64,000 nt of DNA from NCBI RefSeq assembly GCF_037042905.1, contig NC_087251.1, positions 124,001 through 188,000 of the forward strand, in the 5' to 3' direction. Source of the stretch: Lytechinus pictus. Lineage: Eukaryota. Position 1 is the first letter of the stretch. Every line of letters begins with the position of its first letter. The position numbers and the translations under genes are program-made. Below are positions 54,356 to 64,000 of the stretch, piece after piece. The notes below the pieces were generated by a model. That model was not told the origin of the DNA, did no database searches, and was given only the letters and a program-made list of their open reading frames with translations.

Positions 54356-56589
54356 TTCAAAAAGGGACTTGTTTAATTATGGGTTTGCACTTGTTGGGGA
54401 ATAAAATGTAAAATGAAAGCAAATGAAAATGAATAGGTTATTAATTGACAAAGGGATAATTCAAGTTCAGGGGTGTTTTAAAACCATGATAATATTAATA
54501 CATGCATGTACAACGATATAGTTCAGTAGCACCCCCTGGCAGGAAAAGGCAGTCTAGCAGTGCATACAGATATTTTCTAAAGTCTACATGTAACTAATAA
54601 ACTTTTGACAAATTAGTACTTTGCAATGAAATACTGGTCAAAAATAGGACATCCACAAAGATCATTTTTCAACTTTAGCTAGTAATAAAATTAATTGACA
54701 ATCTGATTTTGCACCAAGGTCATCTCCAAGTCGTGTGTTTGGTCATGCATCACTTGTAATTGACTGGGGGCCTGTTTCATAATGAACTCATCCAAATTAT
54801 GGAAATTGTGCCAATGGTAGCTACCCTGGAAATCTTACTGGCTATTGAGCCCTACTTATATTTTTATAGTAAGTCTATGTGGTATAGGAAACATGATTCA
54901 AAATCTCAAAACTTGGCTCAGTTTCAAAACATATCTTGAGATCTCAATACATAAATTTCTTGATTCTTAGTCTCCATCCATCAAATATATCATACCTTGT
55001 ATGGCAATATGTTATATATAAGAATTGTAAGAGCAATTATATCTATTTAGTTATTTCCTCTGTAAGGATATTCATAGCATATAGTGATTAAGAATATTCC
55101 AGAATGTCTCAGTAAAGCTTTGTTAGGCATGCCTATCCATTGTTATTTCTGGAATGTACTAAGATAAACAATATATACTGCTACACAATAGAGACTCCTA
55201 ATGGCAGTGGAAAAGGACAATAGGATTAGCTATGTTGTTTACATTGTTAATTTCACTGAGGTCATTCAAGAGTCTTCTAGAATTGAACTGCTCTAGAAAG
55301 GAGAATGTTCTTTTTAAAGACAATACTAGAAGCTTCCAGAATAGTGGAAATTTATATAAGTATATAAGCTGGCAGTTTCTTCATCATAATCAGATCAGAA
55401 CTCAGAGTTCCACACCAGACTTTATGTCAGAGCATAGTTTATTTCCAACTGGAATACAACATTTATCTTCTGTGAAATTATTTGCATGCCATCAATGAAA
55501 TGTTTGCAGTTACTTTGAGAGAAGAATTCTCAGTTCTCATCGAGATCATCAACCTGTTTAAATGAACGCTTTTTAACCCACGGATTGCTAAAATTGACTG
55601 TTAATCATCATCAACATCGTCTTCACAGACATTTCAGCTCGTTACAGTGACTCTAATTATTCATCGTGTTTCAACGTCAATTTATTGTGGACATTAATTT
55701 AAGGAGCCTTTGTCAGCCAACTACATATAAAATAATCAAAACTGACACTTCAAGATATGTAAGATTATTATTTTTGTTGTGTCTACTGTATGATTGATCT
55801 ATTTCCTGTAATAAAAAAAAAGGAAATCAAATTTAAAGCTAAATTTTCATTGTTATTTGTTGCAGTATTGTCTTGAGTTTAAGTAAATGTACAAAATAAT
55901 GTTATGGTAATAATCAGAGCATGGTAGTTTCTGATCTAGATAGATCTTCTTTCCTCAAGTCTTGGGCAGTAATGTCTAAGTATTGATCTCTGTCTCAAAA
56001 GTTACCATTCATAAGGTATGAAGGTCTTAGAAAGAACACATTGAATACATGGAAAATGAAGTCAGCTGACTCAACTCACAGATCTCACAAGTTGTCTTAT
56101 CAATTTACCACATATTGATTTCAAATATGAAAATACTTACCATGATTTTCTTATTTACGAGATAACTGGATATACTCATTTGATTTGCTAGTTCATTACG
56201 ATTAACTTGCACGCCGAATAAAAAGAACACAATTTTTCTGCGCGCGCGCTGCATCTCCCTATGAATGCACTATCCCAAGATCATCGCACAAATTGGCGTC
56301 CATTACCTCTCATGAGCCAGCACGCAAGACATGTTGCCATGCAAGGCGAGGGGTAGGTGGGAGGGTTCAAATGAGTGTATCCAGTTATCTTGTAAATAAG
56401 AAAATCATGGTAAGTATTTTCATAATTTACTATCAATAACTGGGATATACTCATTTGATTTGCCAGACCAACGAGGATTCAACGTGAAGGGAGGCATGTC
56501 TAGACTAAGAAAGTGCGTACAAAATAGGGAGATGAAGACACGAAGGCCGCTGCCTTAAGGACAGAGGAGGCAAATAAGGCCTCATACGA

Positions 56590-57650
56590 AGTAAAGTCCT
56601 TAAGAACAAGGAAGTGAAGGAATTAGAAGAGTGCAAAAGGCAGTCCTCAAGATGTCTTCTATGACGATTCCATTGAAAAGAGCCCAAGAAGAAACGATAC
56701 TTTAGTATCATGGACCCTCAGCCTAGTGTCAGAAGGAGAACATCATCACCAACTGACTTGATCGTTTCAACAATCCAGTGTGAAATGATGTCTTGAGAAG
56801 CTGCCGCAAACGGCTCGCGCAACAATACAACCAACTGAACAGAGTTGGGAATTGTCTGAAGAATGGCAAACAAGACAAGGGTTAGAAGTCACGCCTAATC
56901 TACGCCAATCCCGGCAAATGTCCGGGAGCGATGCATAAGTATGCAAAGCTACGTACTGTAAATGGTTACAGATAAACGGATACAAGAGGGATCTCGACTG
57001 ATAGACAGACGAAAGATATCCTGAATACCGACCCAAGAAGGAGTTAGTCAAGCGTCAAGAACGACCGACAAGCTCCATGACGGACTAAACCATACAAGCT
57101 CAACGTTTGAGAAGAAACTCAAGAGTTTGTAAGATTCGGATTGAAGGTATTAATCATCTGTAACCGGAGGGATGATAATCGCCAATGATAAAAAAAGAAT
57201 CTGACTTTGTTGAAAAATTCGACAAGAATCGTGATCGGAAGACTGAAACTTGTACGGTTTAGTAAGTGATCAATCAATCAATCCGAGAAGTCAAAAGCGG
57301 GGCTAATAAAAGCCACGGTCGGGTCACCGGCTTAATAAATTAAGCCAAGCCGCAACAATGCAAACGTAAGGAATGCGAGATATCTCAGAAGCCCCCGCGT
57401 GGGGGAAAGCGCCCAGAAGTCGATCTCTGTCTCAAATGCGTGAGGGCAGAACATCTGCAGAATTCTGATAGAGAGCTGTGGAAGGACGTTTCCAGCGGTC
57501 CGATAAGAACATGGAACGGCAGAGAGTAAGGTTGAAGTAAACCACTCGAAAGGCAGTCAATGTGTCGAGAAAAACGACTGAGTGCCATCCTGTTAATAAA
57601 GAAACTGCAACGGCGGGAGAGGTGGCTTGACTGAAGCCACCAACGGCGTG
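56590..57650 (-). pseudogene. Tyrosine recombinase remnant of the DIRS element
   Basis: Across frameshifts reads LRVHDT..VSSWALFNGIVIEDILRTAF..HSSNSFTSLFLR, matching the DIRS YR C-terminal HxxR..SWA..W..F..Y pattern; GFSQA..EFCR upstream. Confidence 0.75.
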
Positions 57651-57799
57651 AGGGCCCATAAGGCTAGGCTGCGATGGATGTCCGCTGAGCGGAGCAATCC
57701 CTAGCCGCAGCAAGCGTACGCCAGAGGTGAGCTGGCGAAAAAATGCCTCTGTCATGATCTCACGTGTAAACGACAATCAAGAGATGTCGGTCAAGGAGA

Positions 57800-59330
57800 T
57801 GCTCTGAACCAACAGACATCGCCAGACATGATACCTCAACAGTTACGTTTCCAACGGAATCGAGTGAGGTAACAAAGGCCCTGTCCTATCAAGGTTAGGG
57901 ACCGATACTGGCTAAGAGTGTCTAAGTCCTCGCTTGAAGAAACAAGCGGAGTAAGGCGACTTGAGGAAAATAATCACCAATATTTCCCTCAGTCTGCGAT
58001 GAGAACCAGTTGTTTACGAAAACAGCCACAAGGCCTGGTTTCTCTGGTGATCGCAAGGGCAAGCACTGCCGGCGCCGGTTGTGAAAGCATGGAACAGTCC
58101 GATATCGGTAAGACAAGGCCAAAAAAAAAACCTGACGCCCTAAGCAGCGGGGATGAGAATCTAGGCTTCTAAAATGAAGAGCTCCAGTGAAGTGAATCAC
58201 TTTCATGGAGGGACTCATCAACAGTCGGCCCGAGAGATAGCGGGTCGCGGTGAACGTGGGTAGACAGACATAAGCATACATACACACACGCAAACATATA
58301 CACATATATATCAAAATATATATATATATATACATATGCATGCACATAAACATCTATCCACGATCACATCATCCCCGGTCGCGCAGTGACCATGGCCACA
58401 TACATAGCATGAAAAGAGGATGAAAGCAGCCTGCGAGGCGACTCAAGTGTGCCGAGTGAAAAAGCTTCTAAATAAGAAGACAACTCGACAAACGGGCATG
58501 GTAAATGCATCGACCGTAACCCACTCCACACGAGGAAGCGGCGGAGACGCCCGCAAGCTTGACCCACATAAAGGGCAGTCTATCAGATAGATTGTTTGAG
58601 CTCGACCGATGGCCTGACGGCGGACAGTTTGGTGTGAACTCGCCGACCCGGCACGGTGGGTGCGCCCAGGAAGTAGGCATAGAAATGCCGACAGAAAAAG
58701 CCTGGGGCTTGAAACAAGCCTGAACGCACGTACACAGCTGACAAATGTTCGGTGCGAGTGCTGCCGGCGGGGTCCGGGGGGGACGACCGATGATGGCAGC
58801 TTGGGCAGGGCTCGCACGAGCCGCCCGAATACGAGACAAACAGGTTAAACAAAACCATAATGCACCGGGTGGTGAAGGTCTGGCGATTACTAAGTATTGG
58901 AGAACTATTAATCGCCGTGACATTCAGATCCGATATTCATGCTCATAAGCTCGGCAGAGCTACGAGATAGTGAGACATTCCGCTGAGCGGTAATGGTGCT
59001 AATATCGGAGTCGCCCTCTCTACAGCGGCGATCGCTGGAGAACGGGTGTCTGTACTAGCCCTGACTCTAACCTTACAAGGAAGAGTAGGAGTTAAAAGTA
59101 AAGACAAGGCACCCTTACTTTCGTATAGAAAGTGAGGTTCAGGCCAAAAGCTGACGGTCCCGTCGCCTGGGCGGACGGTCCGCGGGCGTGATAGGTTGCC
59201 CTCTCAAAAACAGCCAAACATTCTAACGAGAGAAGGAAGGCATGCGGTATGTAAGAAATTCTTACCTCCAATCTACAGGCCCGCTTAGGGGAAAGAATGG
59301 AGAGAGTTACCGCTGAAAGAGCCGTCGCCT
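57800..59330 (-). pseudogene. RT / RNase H / methyltransferase-like remnants of the DIRS element
   Basis: Heavily degenerate: PLPRVEWVTVDAF (TDAS-like, ~58520), LIVLQYL (YLDD region, ~58900), a frameshifted VD..FLH(I/T) segment (~59260). Confidence 0.5.
58265..58350. repeat. (TA)/(CA) microsatellite interrupting the DIRS coding remnant
   Basis: Direct reading. Confidence 0.85.
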
Positions 59331-60444
59331 TAAGCGATGCCCGGTCAAACTGTGAAGCTTGACGTAGAGGGCGAATTCCAAATTCAGGAGTACCTGCATA
59401 TTAATGGGGGATACCCATGCAGGTGAACTCGCTGACGGCTCCCCGGAGTGCAGGCTGGCGGGAGAAATCTTAATCCGCTCAATGCCTGACACCGGCAATA
59501 AGACCGACAGAAAGCAGCAAAGCGGCTGCAGCGTCCAACCAGCGACATTCGGGGGCTTGCCGACTTGCTGGGTGAGACCCATATGTCGGCAGCACCTGTA
59601 CATATCGTGAAATCACCCGTGCCGGTGAAAGGGCCGGCGGCTGGTGCGAGGCTGCTGATAAGCCCGGCCGTCGCGTAGCGGCGGTCTATAATGACGGAGA
59701 ACACGAGGGTAAGAACCTGTAATGCTCGGGAACGTATTGATGCAACCTGTAAGGATGCAACGTCCAGCCGCCGGTCACGGAGAGCTTGCCGACATGTTGG
59801 GGCTTGAAAGCCGTATGTCAGAAGCACCTGCATAGAAACGGGGTCACCATGTAGGTGAGCAGCGTTTCAATAAAAGCCTGGCATGAGAGGGCAGGTGACT
59901 GCTTGAACCGCACGGTGCTTAGCACGGCGGCTGAAGCTGACATGAAGCATGGGGGAATTACCCGCACTGATCGTGGGCATGTAATGCAACATGAGTGTTG
60001 CGACGCCTGACCCACAATTTTCGGGAGTCTGGTGACATAATGGGGGGCGTTGCCCGTATGTCGGTAACACCTGTGTATTAGCGGGGATTTCCCTTGCAGG
60101 TGCGTGAGCCGGCGAATCATGAAATTGCCGGTGACTCTCCGAGGTGTGAGATGGCGAATGTCTGCTTGACCTGCCCGGTGCTAGACACGGCTGTTTTAGC
60201 TGACGGGGAGCATGAGGATAAAAATCCGTGATGCTCGAGGGCGTTCTTTTGTAACATGAAGTTACGACGCCTGGCCATCGGCACAAGAATCAGAAAGAAA
60301 GGTCTGCCCGCGAAGCGGGGTTAGCGACCTAGAATTTCTTCCTCTTCTATGCGGCCCCCGCCAGGGGGCAAAAGAGGGCATAAGAGACATGAAGAACGTG
60401 ATATCTCGCATGAGAAAGGTCACCCAAATCTGATCAAGCCGTTC

Positions 60445-60890
60445 AGGCACATGAACGCTAATTCCACGGTTCCACCTTTAAGGGCACGTGGACGCGATTC
60501 CACGGTCCACCCTGATCAGATAATCGTGAGATTGACGGGGTCGAGCTCACGTGTCTCTAGCGACTAGGGGCTGGTAGCCCTTTGCTAATGCTCCCTGACG
60601 GAGACTGACAAAGCATCGAGCCTAGTCTGTGCCGGGAAAAGAGTCCCACGCTCTTAACCCGGACTTGTTGGACCCGATAGCCGGTGGGTCGAGCAGCTCT
60701 GGAGGAGTGAGGTTTTCTATACTAGTACAACACTCCCCAAAATCGGTTCAGGTCCCGTTCCACCCTAAAACGCTCGGGCACATGGGCGCGGTTCCACGGT
60801 TCCACCCTCTTGGGCACGTGGACCAACTCCACGGTTCCACCCTCCTTTTTCCAGGGCACGTGGACGCAAACCACGGTTCCACCCTTTATA
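60445..60890. repeat. ~33-40 bp repeat ggcacgtggac..ccacggttccaccct, in two clusters
   Basis: Units at ~60446, 60482, 60777, 60812 and 60853. Confidence 0.8.
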
Positions 60891-61049
60891 GAGCCCTTTG
60901 CAAAGGGTCTCACTCTCTTGCCCTCATACTCACCGCCGCTGATCACGGGAACAAAATACCATGTCTGGTTCTCTCCCAGCGGCAGGTTTGGAGTCATCAA
61001 GAGATGAGTCGAAAGAGCTCATCTACCTGGTAAGTTCTTAGCCTGAAAG

Positions 61050-63070
61050 AACAAAAGGAGGGTCGAAAACAGAGAGGGGGCGGAGGGGTGGGTGGGCAAG
61101 AAAGGTGACAAAACAAGATCCCTTTCAGAAATTATTGATAATAAAATTAATAACTCCGGTAAATAACAAACAGGACCGACAAGAGGCATATGAAGTGGAA
61201 CAACCATAATATAGACCACAAACAAGCTACAGCAACACTAGAAACAAGGAGACAAAAGGGGCATTAGTGAGTAGAGAAGACCAATCAGGCTAGTGAAGGG
61301 GATGAAAGAAAAGGAGTAGGCAGACACAAAGGGAAGTTAGTGTAAGTAAGGCCAGTAAAAGACCTCAAGCCAAGAGGGATTAAAATAATGAGGCAGGCAA
61401 CATCAAACAGGATCTGGAACAAAACAGTGATAATGGGATGAAAAACATGAGAATTAGTGAGAGGTGGGTCAAACAGGTTACAAAGAAAGGCTTAATAAAC
61501 TGGTGCATAAGAGTGGGGGAAAAAATACATGGGAACAAAGTTTACATAACATCGAATACATAAAAGTTTACAAAAAAAGCATTGAGAGGGAAGCAGTCAA
61601 AAAGAAAAAAATATCCTTATAAACGGCCGATCCAACTTACTTTAAAAAGAATAATACTTATTGACAATATCAAAAGTAATAAAATATATTTAAAAAAACG
61701 ATTAGAAGACAATACAAAGGCATAGATACACAAGTGGTAAGATTAGATTATATATAAAAAAAAATATTTATAAACAGGTTTAATTATCAATTATGAAATT
61801 TCTGAAGTTACGATTGACAATATTAAATGAACAAGATGTTTTTGAATTAACCGGCAAAGAATTCCAAAGTAGTGGGCCACGAAAGAAAATAGATTCATGA
61901 GAAAGGCAAGTTCTTATTTTAGGAAAGTGGAAGTTTGCAGCATTTCGAGTAGGGTATTCATGAATATTATTATTTAATTTAAACAGTTCAGTAAAAATGG
62001 TGGGAAAAGTCCTTTAGAACATCTATACATAAAAAGTCCCATTTCATACTTATACATATCGAAAATATTTAAAATTTTAAGTGAATGAAAAATAGGATAA
62101 GAATGGGTGTAAAAAGGGGAGTTGCTTATAATTCTGACTGCACGTTTTTGAAGTTTATGTAATCTCTCTAAATAAATATTCGCAGTACTTTCCCAAGCAA
62201 GAATGCCGTAATTTAAAAATGGTGAAATAATAGCATAATACAGTATCTTTAAAATATTTGGTGGAAATTATGCAATTTGTACAATATGCCTATGTTCTTA
62301 GATATCTTATTGCAGATGGCATCAATATGATTTAACTACATTAAGTTATTGTCAATTATGACACCAAGAAATTTCAAAAATAAAACTTCACTTATTATTG
62401 AATCACACAATTTTATATCAATTTCATTAGAATTTATTTTCTTATTGTAAATATCATAAAGTTAGTTTTGGAAGCATTGAGGGATAATTTGTTAAAGTAT
62501 AACCAATCGGTAACCTTCTGTTATTCCTCATTAAATTCTGTTTGTAACGTCTGTAAATCTTTGTGGGACATGAATATACTGGTGTCATTAGCGAATAACA
62601 TATATTTAAGTTTACTGGACACATTGCACATGTCATTATCATATAAAAGGAATAAAAGAGATCCAAGTATCGAACCTTGGGGCACTCCACATCGTATAGA
62701 TTTCAATTCTGATTTAATTCCATTACATAATACATATTGTTAGCGATTAGATAGATAATCTTTTAACAAGTCTAAAGTAATTCCTCTTATTCCATATGCA
62801 TATAGTTTTTGTAACAAAATATTATGATCTAATGAATCAAATGCTTTTCGCAAATCTATAAATAAACCTATCAATATACTCTTATTATCAATTTCATTTG
62901 TAACTTTCTAAAATAAAATCAAGTAATGCTGACGATGTGGAGTGCCCCGCTCTAAACCCATATTGGCTATGGGTAAATATTATTGCACTTATTGATCATA
63001 TAAACATTTTTAAATTAATTTAGAAAAAACAGGTAAAATAGAAATGGGACGGTAATTGGACAATAGTAAA
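61050..63070 (-). mobile_element. 5'-truncated decayed CR1/L2-type LINE (RT plus pyrimidine-rich 3'UTR)
   Basis: Minus strand: SNYRPISILPVFSK (~63040), FIDLRKAFDSLDH (~62850), CGVPQGSILGSLLFLLYDND..LFANDT (62521-62706). The 3' boundary is approximate. Confidence 0.88.
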
Positions 63071-63186
63071 TGCAGAGGCTTTAATAGGAGGAAATTATAA
63101 TTTGTTTACAAATTTTCGGCATTACTCCTATTTGTTTAAGATCGGTATGCTTGATCTGTAATGAAAATCATAAGTCAGAAAAAATT

Positions 63187-63260
63187 GGAACCAATGGGAT
63201 TCGAACCTGCCATCTACTACTTTCCGGGCAGCGACTTAACCACCAGGCTATTCTGGTTCA
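63187..63260 (-). pseudogene. tRNA-derived sequence (SINE head or tRNA pseudogene)
   Basis: Minus strand has A-box tagcctggtggttaag and B-box ggttcgaatccc at tRNA spacing; the T-stem is mispaired. Confidence 0.7.
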
Positions 63261-64000
63261 CGGCTAAGCCACGATGAACTGGAATTCAAATACCCTCGAT
63301 ACTATCTATTGTCCACGGCGGACAGCATTCGGATACTAATGAGTCAGAAAGAAGAGGATCGAGGTTATAATAATAATTTGAATATGTAAATATACCTTCG
63401 TTACTAGGTTAAGATGTGTCAAAATACTAAATAATTTGTTTTTGTCTTTTGGGGGCTATGATAATTTTTCCACGACCATGCTGGTAACTGACATTACGGT
63501 AACTGACTTTACACTTAATTTGCCGTAGAGATAACACATGGAAGTCAAATGTGTGGAATCATTGTATTGTATCTTCTGTGCAGGGCTTCAAATGAAAGTG
63601 AGCTTGACGTGGAAGTATACCTGAGTTTCTAGGAACATTTTAATGAAAAACTTTTTCTTTTTCTTAATTCCTTTTCTTTGATTTGAACATTTTATTATTA
63701 CCTGTTGGTAACTGACATTACACATTAACATTTACCAGTGCAGATATGATTTTCAAAGGCATAATTTTCTTGGTAATTATATGTAAGGCTTTTTAAAATC
63801 ATAAAAGTTTCATAATACTTCACATTTTAAATTATCAAAAGATAAGAAATGTATGTTTTACTTACTCCGGGGGGGGGGGGGGGGTCATAGCAGCTCCATG
63901 TATTCCTATAGTAATTTAATATTGCATTGACTGTACACATGGATTTTTCTCATTATACACCCATTTACATATATTCATCAGTTTTATGTTGACTTTTTAA

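Larger units (their letters stand above)
56126..61000 (-). mobile_element. Decayed DIRS1-like tyrosine-recombinase retrotransposon (3' end intact, 5' end not found)
   Basis: Inverted 58-bp termini 56126-56183 / 56367-56424, followed by a partial direct copy (56436-56462, ICR-like). The minus strand carries YR, RNase H-like and RT-like remnants in DIRS order. The block is GC-rich. Confidence 0.8.

Noticed and set aside
63395..63480. Candidate upstream exon ending at gtatat
   Set aside because: Stops in all three minus-strand frames; the sequence looks like a repeat with ggtaactgac units.

Overview
AT-rich animal genomic DNA, densely packed with transposons. The repeat families look like those of a marine invertebrate such as a sea urchin, but this is inference only. 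One host gene is visible on the minus strand as two exons: a 44-bp exon (33270-33313) spliced in frame to a ~1.2-kb terminal exon (31501-32711). They encode an RG/RGG-rich segment followed by a long acidic disordered tail with recurrent Trp motifs. No further upstream exon was found. Most other identifiable features are mobile DNA: (1) a near full-length but frameshifted CR1/L2-type LINE whose ORF1 has an SGNH esterase plus zinc knuckles (42.5-47 kb); (2) two 5'-truncated LINEs; (3) a decayed DIRS1-like tyrosine-recombinase retrotransposon with intact terminal inverted repeat/ICR architecture and an unusual repeated-peptide region (56-61 kb); (4) several Helentron-associated (HINE/DINE-like) elements; (5) many TIR MITEs; (6) a four-level nested composite with near-perfect ~750-bp inverted repeats (10.1-17.6 kb); (7) an 81-bp minisatellite with dimeric higher-order structure. 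Most short ORFs in the track are spurious. I found no CRISPR or prokaryotic system, and nothing that can be firmly called a new system. The best leads are in the findings.
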